Source: an uncultured Gammaproteobacteria bacterium
GTDB taxonomy: Bacteria; Patescibacteriota; Patescibacteriia; Patescibacteriales; UBA12465
DNA: 64,000 bases
NCBI GenBank assembly: GCA_964500975.1
Contig: CAZCQW010000004.1
Span: forward strand, 9,816 to 73,815
Direction: 5' to 3'
Part shown: piece after piece, positions 9,173 through 18,020 of the stretch
How positions within the stretch are numbered: position 1 is the first letter of the stretch
How the letters are laid out: the number at the start of each line of letters is the position of its first letter
Notes under the pieces: generated by a model
Told to the model about the DNA's origin: nothing
Databases searched by the model: none
What the model saw: the letters and a program-made list of their open reading frames with translations, nothing else
Made by a program: the position numbers and the translations under genes

Positions 9173-9956
9173 ATGGAAACAAAATATTTAATTATTAATA
9201 CTGGCAGTACTTCAAAAAAATATTCTTTTTATAGTGATGAAGAAAAAATTTATACGGCTTAAAGATTCGCGAGAATTAGGATTGCGTCGTTTTGGGTATC
9301 ACGGCATTTCTGTTCAGTCAGTCGTTTCCAGGGCCGCTGAAACTTTGGGCACACTTCCTGAGAAAGTTATAGTTTGTCATTTAGGTGGTGGGGCGAGTAT
9401 TACGGCAGTTAAAAATGGTGAGAGCGTCGACACCTCGATGGGTTTCACGCCGCTTGAAGGTTTAGTGATGGCTACCCGAGTTGGCGATCTTGATCCGGGG
9501 GCGGTTTTGTATTTATCTGAGAAATTAAATAAAGATTATAAAGAGTTAGGGAGGTATTTTAATAATGAATGCGGCTTGCTTGGTTTATCAGGTTATAGCG
9601 ATGATCTTAGGGAGTTGCTCTTAAGTGAAGCATCTGGTCACGCTGATTCAACGCTTGCTTTAAAAATTTATGTTAACCGTATTAAACAATATATAGGGCG
9701 CATGGCAGCTGTTTTAGGTGGCGTGGACTTAATTATTCTAGCCGGAACAGTTGGCGAACGTTCGTTTATCATGCGAGAAAGAATATGTGAGAATATGGAA
9801 TTTTTGGGCGTGGTGTTAAATAAAGAATTAAATAGTAGATCAGAGGGTGTCGAGGTTGAATTAAATAAAACTGGCTCAAGAGTTAAAATTTTAGTTGTTA
9901 AGACTGACGAGATGGAGGAGATTGCAAAAGTAACGTTTAGCTTGGCAAAAAAGTAA
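9173..9956 (+). pseudogene. ackA: Acetate kinase remnant. The N-terminal 29 codons are followed by a TAA, and the C-terminal roughly 240 codons are in another frame. About 150 internal residues are missing.
   Basis: 9173..9262 encodes METKYLIINTGSTSKKYSFYSDEEKIYTA*, the AckA N-terminal ATP-binding motif. 9234..9956 encodes ...LRRFGYHGIS...CHLGGGASITAV...DTSMGFTPLEGLVMATRVGDLDP..., which matches AckA from about residue 190 onward. The sequence between these two parts is absent. Confidence 0.7.
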
Positions 9957-10011
9957 TTTTCGTTTATACTATTAGAGGTTTAAATTTAAATTTATTATAT
10001 AAAAAATATTT

Positions 10012-11040
10012 ATGAACACAAAAATCGTGGCTACAGTTGGTCCTAAGACTGAATCAGAGAAAGATTTGTGTGCCTTAATCGCCGCTGGCGTTGACATGGT
10101 GCGGGTTAACTTCTCTCATGCTTCTTATGAACAATATAGGAGAATTAAAACAATTATTGATTCTCATAATAAAAAAAATAAAGACCATCAAGTTTCTTTA
10201 ATGCTCGATCTTCAGGGGCCTCGTATTCGTGTCGGCAAAATGCCTGAAGATGGAATCATGCTACACGTTGATGAAGTCCATAAATTTACTTACTCAAAGT
10301 TGCCCTATAAACTGGGTGGAGTTATTCCTATTGGCAACGCCGACTTGCATAAATACATGAAAAAAGGAGAGGCATTATTTTTATGTAATGGAGCAATCGA
10401 GTTAACAGTTACTGAAGTTAAAAATAAAATTATTACAGCGCGGGTTATTATTGGTGGTGTATTAAGCTCAAATAAGGGAATAAACGTTCCTCTCACAAAT
10501 ATAAAAAAAGGCGGGATGACGGCCAAGGATTTAGAGGATGTTAAATTTGGACTTAAGGCTGGGATGGATTACATCGCTTTATCATTTGTTCAAACAGAAG
10601 ATGACGTAAATCGTTTAAGAAAAATGCTTGGTAAAAATTCAAAAGTTAAAATTATCTCTAAAATTGAAAGAGGGATTGCGTTAGCTAATATTGATAAAAT
10701 CATTATGGCATCAGACGTAATCATGGTAGCCCGTGGTGATTTAGGAATTGAAGTCCCAATTGAAGAATTGCCTATCGTTCAGAAGAATTTAATTAGACAT
10801 TCTCATTGGCACGAAAAACCAGCTATTTTAGCAACTCAGGTTATGACTTCAATGATTAAGAATCCTCATCCAACTAGGGCGGAAATTAGTGATATTGCTA
10901 ATGCAGTTTTTGATGGTGCAGATATGGTTATGTTATCTGATGAAACTACAGTTGGTGATTATTGCGTTGAGGCGGTTTGTACTTTGAAGAAAGTAATTAA
11001 AAGAACAGAAGAATACCTACACAAAACTTACGTTGCTTAG
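10012..11040 (+). CDS. pyk: Pyruvate kinase, short form (342 aa) that lacks the C-terminal allosteric domain.
   Basis: N-terminus KIVATVGPKTESEKDLCALIAAGVDMVRVNFSHA, and an active-site region MVARGDLGIEVP. Confidence 0.85.
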   Translation: MNTKIVATVGPKTESEKDLCALIAAGVDMVRVNFSHASYEQYRRIKTIIDSHNKKNKDHQVSLMLDLQGPRIRVGKMPEDGIMLHVDEVHKFTYSKLPYKLGGVIPIGNADLHKYMKKGEALFLCNGAIELTVTEVKNKIITARVIIGGVLSSNKGINVPLTNIKKGGMTAKDLEDVKFGLKAGMDYIALSFVQTEDDVNRLRKMLGKNSKVKIISKIERGIALANIDKIIMASDVIMVARGDLGIEVPIEELPIVQKNLIRHSHWHEKPAILATQVMTSMIKNPHPTRAEISDIANAVFDGADMVMLSDETTVGDYCVEAVCTLKKVIKRTEEYLHKTYVA

Positions 11041-11056
11041 TAGTAAAAATTATAAT

Positions 11057-11069
11057 CCGCCCGAGGCGG
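11057..11069 (+). promoter_or_regulatory. GC hairpin motif ccgccCGAggcgg followed by agtaaac, 14 nt upstream of the eno ATG.
   Basis: Identical in architecture to the copies upstream of lemA and parB. Confidence 0.4.
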
Positions 11070-11083
11070 AGTAAACTAATTAT

Positions 11084-12373
11084 ATGAAGATAAAATCGAT
11101 AAAAGCCTTACAAATATTAGACTCAAGAGGAAATCCAACTCTAGCTGCGACGGTTATTTTAGAAAATGGTGTTAGCGGTTGGGCGGCAGTTCCAAGTGGC
11201 GCTTCAACTGGTAGTTACGAAGCGGTTGAACTTCGCGATGGCGATAAAAGTGTTTATGGCGGCGCTAGTGTTTTAAATGCCGTAAAGAATATAGAAGAAA
11301 AGATCGCTCCAGCTTTAATCGGCGAAGACGCAACTGATCAAGAAAAAATTGATGAAATAATGATCGCGCTAGACGGTACTGAAAATAAAGCAGTACTTGG
11401 CGCTAATGCAATTTTAGGGGTTTCTATGGCCGTGGCTCGTGCGGCCGCGACTTCATTAAATCAACCTTTATACCAATACTTATCTAAATTTAATCCTAAC
11501 TTCAACGGTACATATAAAATGCCTGTGCCAATGATGAATGTTTTAAATGGTGGTAAGCATGCTAACTGGGCAACCGATATTCAGGAATATATGATTTTAC
11601 CAGTTGGCGCTAAATCTATTTCTCAGGCTGTTCAAATGTGCGCGGAAATTTATCAAGCTTTGAAAAAAGTTTTGAAAGAGAAGGGATATAGTATTAGCGT
11701 TGGTGATGAAGGTGGGTTTGCGCCTGCAGTTTCATCTAACGAAGAAACTTTTGATTTATTAACTGAAGCGGTTAAAAAAGCGGGTTATGAATTAGGTAAA
11801 GATATTGTTTATGGTATTGATGCCGCTGCTACTGAATTTTTTTCTGAGAATGCTTATCACTTAAAGAAAGAAAATAAAGTAATGACAAGTGAAGAAATGA
11901 TTTCTTTCTATAAAGACTTGAGTGAACGTCATCCTATTAGATCATTTGAAGATATTTTAGCCGAAGATGATTGGACAGGTTTTAAAGCCTTTACCGATGC
12001 TTTCAACTGGGAGGTTCAAGTCGTTGGAGATGATCTATATGTTACTAACGTTAAGAGACTTGAAAGAGGAATTGCTGAAAAAATTACTAATTCTATCTTA
12101 ATTAAATTAAATCAAATTGGGTCATTAACTGAAACTATTAAAGCCGTTAACGAAGCTCAAGCGAGTGGCATGACGGCCGTTATCTCTCATCGTAGTGGTG
12201 AGACTGAAGATGCGTTTATTGCTGATTTAGTAGTTGCACTTGGTACTGGTCAAATTAAAACTGGCGCTCCCGCCCGTAGCGAAAGAACAGCTAAATATAA
12301 TCGTTTAATGGCGATTGAAGCTGAACTTGATGGTAAATCAGAATACGCAAGTTTCCCATTTTTGAAGAAATAG
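11084..12373 (+). CDS. eno: Enolase, phosphopyruvate hydratase.
   Basis: 429 aa. Motifs SIKALQILDSRGNPTL, SGASTGSYEAVELRDGD, IKLNQIGSLTET and SHRSGETED. Confidence 0.95.
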   Translation: MKIKSIKALQILDSRGNPTLAATVILENGVSGWAAVPSGASTGSYEAVELRDGDKSVYGGASVLNAVKNIEEKIAPALIGEDATDQEKIDEIMIALDGTENKAVLGANAILGVSMAVARAAATSLNQPLYQYLSKFNPNFNGTYKMPVPMMNVLNGGKHANWATDIQEYMILPVGAKSISQAVQMCAEIYQALKKVLKEKGYSISVGDEGGFAPAVSSNEETFDLLTEAVKKAGYELGKDIVYGIDAAATEFFSENAYHLKKENKVMTSEEMISFYKDLSERHPIRSFEDILAEDDWTGFKAFTDAFNWEVQVVGDDLYVTNVKRLERGIAEKITNSILIKLNQIGSLTETIKAVNEAQASGMTAVISHRSGETEDAFIADLVVALGTGQIKTGAPARSERTAKYNRLMAIEAELDGKSEYASFPFLKK

Positions 12374-12388
12374 ATTTAGGTAAATAAA

Positions 12389-12418
12389 AAAACCACTTTT
12401 TAGAGAAGTGGTTTTTTT
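12389..12418 (+). terminator. Rho-independent terminator after eno.
   Basis: aaccactt-tttagag-aagtggtt hairpin followed by a T7 run. Confidence 0.7.
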
Positions 12419-12490
12419 ATTGACAGAATAAGAATATTATTATAATATCATCTATTACTTTAACAAATAATTGTATAACTTTAAAAATCG

Positions 12491-12757
12491 TTGGCAATGG
12501 AAAAATTAAAATCACTTTTAGATGAAATGCCTAATAGTAGATTGCTTATGGCTGTGTTTGGAATATTAGGAATAATAAATATTATTTTTTCCCTAATATG
12601 TCGAAATTTCCCGATAGTGGTTGTAAAAATGAATGTTATAAATACTCAGGAAAATTTTGATTTGATGCTAGTGGTTGGACTAACGATCATAGTTTTAGGC
12701 TGGGGTATGGTGGCCTTTGCATGCTTCGTAACACGTTACATTAGACAAAAAAATTAA
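12491..12757 (+). CDS. Small hypothetical membrane protein, 88 aa with two TM helices.
   Basis: Hydrophobic segments, and a good terminator at 12776..12800. Confidence 0.4.
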   Translation: MAMEKLKSLLDEMPNSRLLMAVFGILGIINIIFSLICRNFPIVVVKMNVINTQENFDLMLVVGLTIIVLGWGMVAFACFVTRYIRQKN

Positions 12758-12877
12758 GATTTTAAGTTGGTAAAAGAAGGACAGCTATCCTTCTTTTTTA
12801 TTTTCTCGTAGAATCGACAAATTTGTGCTATTATAGTTACAATAATAATTAATACCCTTTAAGTAGGGTAAAAAAAT

Positions 12878-13615
12878 ATGAACAAATCACAAATCTTTCT
12901 AGCTACTTTAGTTAGTCTAGCAGTGACTGCGATCGTTATTGTGGCCCTTGTTATGGCTAATAAAACTAATAATCTAGAACGTTTTTCTGTAAACGGATCC
13001 GGTACTGTTTACGCTAAAGCGGACATTGCTAATCTTGAAGTTGGTTTAAAAACTGGTGCGAAAAAAACAGCTGCCGAGGCAACTGTTGATAGTACTAATA
13101 AAATGAATAGCATTATTGCTGAGTTAAAAAAATTAGGGATTGAAGACAAGGATATTAAAACTTCAAACTATAATTTAAATCCAGTTTATAATTATACGCA
13201 AGATAAGGGTCAAGAATTAGTTGGTTATGAGGTTAACCAAAATGTAACTTTGAAAATTAGAGATTTAAGTAAAATTGGCGATGTAATTGCCAAGACAACT
13301 GAAAAGGGCGCTAATCAAGTCGGTAATGTTAGTTTTACAATTGACGATGAATTTGCTTTAAAAAACCAAGCTCGTGAATTAGCTATTAAAAAAGCTAAAG
13401 AAAAAGCTGAGTTAATTGCTAGTCAATCAGGTTTGAAATTAGGTGAACTAAAAGGTGTGTATGAAAACGCAGATCAAGGCATGCCAATTATGATGAGTTA
13501 TACTAATGCAAAAATGGAATCAGATGCTATGGGAGGCGGTATTGCTTCGCCAAGTATTCAATCAGGACAGAACGAAATTAAAGTCGATGTTACTTTAACC
13601 TACGAAGTAAAATAA
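12878..13615 (+). CDS. SIMPL-domain (DUF541) protein, a periplasmic or secreted 26-kDa-antigen-like protein.
   Basis: N-terminal TM anchor, and the core ...FSVNGSGTVYAKADIANLEVGL... A paralog lies at 21272..22021. Confidence 0.7.
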   Translation: MNKSQIFLATLVSLAVTAIVIVALVMANKTNNLERFSVNGSGTVYAKADIANLEVGLKTGAKKTAAEATVDSTNKMNSIIAELKKLGIEDKDIKTSNYNLNPVYNYTQDKGQELVGYEVNQNVTLKIRDLSKIGDVIAKTTEKGANQVGNVSFTIDDEFALKNQARELAIKKAKEKAELIASQSGLKLGELKGVYENADQGMPIMMSYTNAKMESDAMGGGIASPSIQSGQNEIKVDVTLTYEVK

Positions 13616-13645
13616 ATTTAAAAAAATTTAGATAAAGTATTAAAA

Positions 13646-13674
13646 AAGAAGGGAATTAAATCCCTTCTTTTTTG
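13646..13674. terminator. Bidirectional terminator shared by the convergent SIMPL gene and greA.
   Basis: aaagaaggga-attaaa-tcccttcttt hairpin, with T runs on both strands. Confidence 0.7.
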
Positions 13675-13693
13675 TTCGTCTATGCTTATATGC

Positions 13694-14191
13694 TTAAGAA
13701 ATATTTAAGATTTTATATATCTTTTCTTTATCATTAATTATAACTTTAATGATATCACCGACTTTATGATTTAAAAGCGCAGCCCCGATTGGCGAGTTGT
13801 GAGAAATTATTCCACCCGTTGGATTAGTTTCTGAACCGCCTAAAATAGTATAGGTTTTTTCTTTGCCATCAGTTTCGATAGTAACTTTGTGGCCAAGTTT
13901 AACGCTTTCTATGTCATTGCTGGGATGAAAAATCACCGCGACTTTAAGATGAGCTTCTAACTCTAAAATTCTTTGGTTTAAGCCGCGTAGTTTATGTTTC
14001 GCATCTTGGTAACCAGCGTTCTCAGAAAAATCACCCATTTCCGCTAAGCGTTTAACTTCTGAAGCGAGTGCGGGGTGAGAAGCTTTCATTCTTTCAAGTT
14101 TATTTTTGAGTTCTAAAAATTTAGCCTCAGTTAAATATGGGTCTGGTTTAGGCTTAACGTATGTTTCTTTGCGGCGATAAGGAGTTTGCAT
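13694..14191 (-). CDS. greA: Transcription elongation factor GreA.
   Basis: N-terminal coiled coil, and the C-terminal FKBP-like motif ISHNSPIGAALLNHKVGD. The ATG at 14191 (MQTPYRR...) is preferred over the ORF-track start at 14242. Confidence 0.85.
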   Translation of the reverse strand: MQTPYRRKETYVKPKPDPYLTEAKFLELKNKLERMKASHPALASEVKRLAEMGDFSENAGYQDAKHKLRGLNQRILELEAHLKVAVIFHPSNDIESVKLGHKVTIETDGKEKTYTILGGSETNPTGGIISHNSPIGAALLNHKVGDIIKVIINDKEKIYKILNIS

Positions 14192-14434
14192 AATCTTTAT
14201 TATTAATTCCTTAATTATACGGCGTCTCTGGCGCAAGGTCAAAATAGTTCAAAAATATGGCTTTTTTTAGCTATTTTTAGGCTTGAAATTTTTTTAAATT
14301 AGGCATAAGATAAAATATAAACTTTCTTTAACAATTAAATGAATTAGTAATAAATATTAACCACTAAAAACGCCAACTGGAGGAGGCAATTTTTTTTAAA
14401 TAATTAATAGTGTAACCCCCCCAAAAAAAATGTA

Positions 14435-15952
14435 ATGGAAACAAACAGAAAGAATAATCAGGTTCCAAAAAAACCAACTTCGGAAACGTTTAAAGAACTA
14501 ACAGGAAAGAATATTTCAGTAGTTGATACGAACATCTTGATTGAAGACCCTGGATCAATAATTGAGCTTCGTAAAGGCGGCAATTTACTTGTTATTCCTT
14601 TAGTGGATATTCACGAGCTTGATAAGCTTAAGAATGATCCTCGCATTGGTCACGAAGTTCGTGAAGCAATTCGCGAAATAAATATTTTACAGGAAGCCGA
14701 AGAACCTACCTTGATTATTGAATCAGGGATGAATTTTTCCGGCTTGAATTTTGATAGGAGTAAACCTGATCATCAAATCATTGCAACGCTTAACTATATT
14801 TATGATCACTTTTTAAAAGGTCATGATCCTTATAAAGGTTATGATAAGGTAAAAATGATTACGAATGATTTAGGCGTTAAGATATTGGCTCGTAGCATTA
14901 ATAAGAAACGACAGATCGTCGTTGAATCTTATAACAAAACACGAACCAAGATTGAAAAGAAAGATTTGGAAATTCCGATGATTGAAGTTCAGAAAGCAAT
15001 TGTTGCTGGAGATTGGAGAAAACATTTTACTTTTCCTGTTAATGGTTTAGGTAAAAAAATTCCCGACGGTTCACCGTTCATTGGATATTCCAATAAACGG
15101 AACGCTAAGAAGGGAGAATTTATTGCCATCAGACGTGGAGACGTTTTTGAAATTATTAATCCGGACATTGAAGCTTGTGGTATTAAGTCAAAAATGTCTA
15201 AAGAGGCTACTCGTCCTAATTGGGAACAGGCAGCCGCTTTATACTACGTCATGAACCCGGATTTTGATTGTGTTTTTCTTCAGGGTGGCGCCGGATCTGG
15301 CAAAACCTTGATATCAATGGCAGCCGCTTTAGCACAAAAAGGTCAAAATCAGTATAAAAAGATTATGATTTTCCGTGTCCCCGAACCGCTTGATCGTAAA
15401 AAAACACTTGGTTTATTACCTGGAGATGCGGGTGCTAAAATTGGTCTATATCTTCGTCCAATCGCGCAAGCTTTGGTTAAATTGATTAAGAATAGTCGGT
15501 CCCTAATGAAAATTGAAAGGGAGGAGCTTGAACTAACTCCTGAGCTAAAAAATGTTGGAAAAAAGAAAAATATTCAGCAACCAGCTCAACAACAAAAAAA
15601 GCCGACGAATCTGGAAGTTCATGCCGATGAAATATTTGAAAAGTATGGTATTGAAATTGCCATCCTTGAATATATCCGTGGCGAAAATCTTGATGAAGCC
15701 TTTATCCTTGTTGATGACGCGCAAAATTTATCCCTTCACGAAATGAAGAGTATGTTGACGCGTGTTGGTGAAAATTCAAAAATAATTTTTACCGGTGACT
15801 TAAATCAGATTGATAGTCCTTATCTTGATCAGAACTCGGCTGGTTTAGCTCATGCTATAAAGAAGATGGGTAGTGATCCAAGAATTGCTGTTGTTACGAT
15901 GACTCAGACTCTGCGAAGTCGAGTTGCTTCTATAGCCGAAAATTCTCTTTAA
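14435..15952 (+). CDS. PhoH2-like protein: an N-terminal PIN domain fused to a PhoH-type P-loop ATPase.
   Basis: PIN residues (VVDTNILIED), and a Walker A motif (QGGAGSGKTLISMA). It also contains an internal low-complexity insertion (KKKNIQQPAQQQKKP). Confidence 0.8.
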   Translation: METNRKNNQVPKKPTSETFKELTGKNISVVDTNILIEDPGSIIELRKGGNLLVIPLVDIHELDKLKNDPRIGHEVREAIREINILQEAEEPTLIIESGMNFSGLNFDRSKPDHQIIATLNYIYDHFLKGHDPYKGYDKVKMITNDLGVKILARSINKKRQIVVESYNKTRTKIEKKDLEIPMIEVQKAIVAGDWRKHFTFPVNGLGKKIPDGSPFIGYSNKRNAKKGEFIAIRRGDVFEIINPDIEACGIKSKMSKEATRPNWEQAAALYYVMNPDFDCVFLQGGAGSGKTLISMAAALAQKGQNQYKKIMIFRVPEPLDRKKTLGLLPGDAGAKIGLYLRPIAQALVKLIKNSRSLMKIEREELELTPELKNVGKKKNIQQPAQQQKKPTNLEVHADEIFEKYGIEIAILEYIRGENLDEAFILVDDAQNLSLHEMKSMLTRVGENSKIIFTGDLNQIDSPYLDQNSAGLAHAIKKMGSDPRIAVVTMTQTLRSRVASIAENSL

Positions 15953-15980
15953 GTTTAACTAATAAGCTTAAAACTCAAAA

Positions 15981-16006
15981 GGCCTGTGCTCTGTACAGGC
16001 CTTTTT
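15981..16006 (+). terminator. Rho-independent terminator after the phoH2-like gene.
   Basis: ggcctgt-gctctgt-acaggcc hairpin followed by a T5 run. Confidence 0.7.
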
Positions 16007-16320
16007 CAATATAAATTAACCCCCTAATAGTTTAATTGAAAGATTAATTATTGAGTTTATCCATAACTCCTCGCTATGTCTGCGGGGCTTATCCAGGAGC
16101 CCTCAGGAAGCCACTAGCGCGTTTAATTCTTGTGTATGTCATAAATCAAGTCTTTCGCCAATTTCTAATAAATAACTTAAAATAGAACCCATGGAGTTAA
16201 TTTGTGATATACTTATTTTTATATTATTATAAAAGAAAATAATATTATTTGCGTATTATTTATATAGATTTAAAAAATAATTAAGAAAAGCTTTATAAAG
16301 CTATAATTTTAAAAAAACAT

Positions 16321-16800
16321 ATGGAAGAGATTAAAAAAGACGATAAAAAGGATTGTTGTGGCGGTGATAATTGCTGCGACGAAAAGAATGCTTGTTGCGA
16401 CGATAAAAAGTCTTGCTGTGAAGACAAGAAATGCTGTAGTTCGACTTGTAAACCATGTCCAACAGCCCATAAAGTTATTAAAGTAATTTTGGCGTTTATT
16501 ATAGTTTTTGCTTTGCTTCGAATTGGCGCTGAGTTTGGCGAAAGACGTTCTTATAAAGACGCATATCGCTTTGACGGAGCTAATAGTTTCAAATCTTGCG
16601 GCATGATGCATGGTGAGCGTGGTGGATGCATGAACGAAGAAAAGCAAGGCGGTTGCCCGATGATGCAAAATGGAGATTCCAAGCAAGGCGGCTGCCAAGC
16701 CTTAAATAATAATGCAGGTGCTCAAGGTGGCTGTCCAATGCTAGAAACCCAAAAAGCTTCAGTGGTCGCTCCAGTGGCACCAACAACTACAGTTAAGTAA
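16321..16800 (+). CDS. Cys-rich small membrane-anchored protein, a putative metal-binding protein.
   Basis: An N-terminal run of CC dipeptides (DCCGGDNCCDEKNACCDDKKSCCEDKKCC), one TM helix, and four GGC(P) motifs in the C-terminal half. The antisense ORF 16309..16698 is regarded as spurious. Confidence 0.5.
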   Translation: MEEIKKDDKKDCCGGDNCCDEKNACCDDKKSCCEDKKCCSSTCKPCPTAHKVIKVILAFIIVFALLRIGAEFGERRSYKDAYRFDGANSFKSCGMMHGERGGCMNEEKQGGCPMMQNGDSKQGGCQALNNNAGAQGGCPMLETQKASVVAPVAPTTTVK

Positions 16801-16820
16801 AATATTAAATATAAACAAAA

Positions 16821-16845
16821 AGCCTGTTTAAAAGCAGGCTTTTTG
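16821..16845 (+). terminator. Rho-independent terminator.
   Basis: agcctgtt-taaa-agcaggct hairpin followed by a T5 run. Confidence 0.7.
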
Positions 16846-16910
16846 TTTTAAAATAAGTTTCTGTTAGAATATAAGCATAAATGTAAGGTCACAAAAACAG
16901 AGCTATTTAT

Positions 16911-17852
16911 ATGTTTAATTTTTATAAAAAGAAAAATATATTTTTAATTTTAGCGGGCGTGATTATAATAATTTCAATTATTGTCTTGTTTTTGTATTTG
17001 GTTGTTAATTCAAAGTTTTCAAAAATAGAAGGTCTAAGTGTTAAGAATAATATTAATTCATATATTAATAATTTTGACATAGCGGCAAAGCTTATTATAT
17101 TAGAGACAGAGAAAAACGCAGAAATAAAAAACGATAGCAAAAAAGCCTCTATTCTTAAGGGGTTTTCAAAAAATGTGCCGATATTAATGTATCATTATAT
17201 TGATTCTGCGCCAGCCTCGTCAACTTTGAAAAGTTTATATTTAGAGCCAAAAATATTTGTCCTTCAATTAGAAGAATTGCAAAAAAATAATTATGAAACT
17301 TTATTTGTTTCCGAAGTTGCTAAGGATATAAAAAATAAAAATAGCATGAACCGTAAAATTGTTGCCCTAACTTTTGATGATGCTTACGAGGATTTTTATT
17401 CAAACGCTTTTCCTCTTCTTAAAAAATATAATACCAAGGCAACTCTTTATGTAATTATTAACGCCTTGGGAACAAAAGGATATTTAACTCGTGAGCAAGT
17501 TAGGGAGATGACTGATAGTGGTTTAGTGGAAATCGGTTCTCATACTTTTAATCACCCTGACTTAAGGAAATTAAAAATTAAGGATGCAAAATTTGAAATT
17601 GAAGCTAGTAAGAAAAAACTTGAAGCAATCTCCGGAAAAACTGTTTTAAGTTTTTGTTACCCCTTTGGTCTTTATAACAAAGATTTTTTTAGCATTCTGA
17701 GTGAAGCCTCATATTTAACGGCTATATCAACTATTCCTGGTACAAGACAGGGAGAGGAAAATATTTGGATTTTAAGAAGAATAAGGCCTAATGATAGATC
17801 GGGGCAGGTATTTATAAACTGGCTTCAGGAATGGGAAAAATCGGCTTATTAA
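16911..17852 (+). CDS. Polysaccharide deacetylase with a NodB homology domain and an N-terminal TM anchor.
   Basis: NodB motifs ALTFDDAYEDFY, IGSHTFNHPDL and LSFCYPFG. Confidence 0.75.
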   Translation: MFNFYKKKNIFLILAGVIIIISIIVLFLYLVVNSKFSKIEGLSVKNNINSYINNFDIAAKLIILETEKNAEIKNDSKKASILKGFSKNVPILMYHYIDSAPASSTLKSLYLEPKIFVLQLEELQKNNYETLFVSEVAKDIKNKNSMNRKIVALTFDDAYEDFYSNAFPLLKKYNTKATLYVIINALGTKGYLTREQVREMTDSGLVEIGSHTFNHPDLRKLKIKDAKFEIEASKKKLEAISGKTVLSFCYPFGLYNKDFFSILSEASYLTAISTIPGTRQGEENIWILRRIRPNDRSGQVFINWLQEWEKSAY

Positions 17853-17985
17853 TTTTGTAAAATTTAATTAGTTAAAATACGGACTAACTTAGTCTGTTTT
17901 CTTGTTTTTTCTCAAAAAATGTGCTAAAATATTGGAGTATTAAATATAAAAATATAAATAAATTAAATTAAAATATCCATCCAGT

Positions 17986-18009
17986 GCGGACTAGTCCGCC
18001 CTAGGCGGA
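17986..18009 (+). promoter_or_regulatory. Two overlapping GC hairpins (gcggactagtccgc, then ccgccCTAggcgg) followed by agtaaac, 11 nt upstream of the lemA ATG.
   Basis: The same motif family as 8029, 11057 and 53498. Confidence 0.4.
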
Positions 18010-18020
18010 GTAAACAAATT

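Noticed and set aside
15552-15746. Short same-strand alternative-frame ORFs inside larger genes: 15552..15746, 19377..19589, 24011..24223, 25283..25552, 33140..33325, 41895..42143, 54943..55137 and 59531..59749.
   Set aside because: They are out of frame inside genes with clear domain homology, and no independent signals support them.
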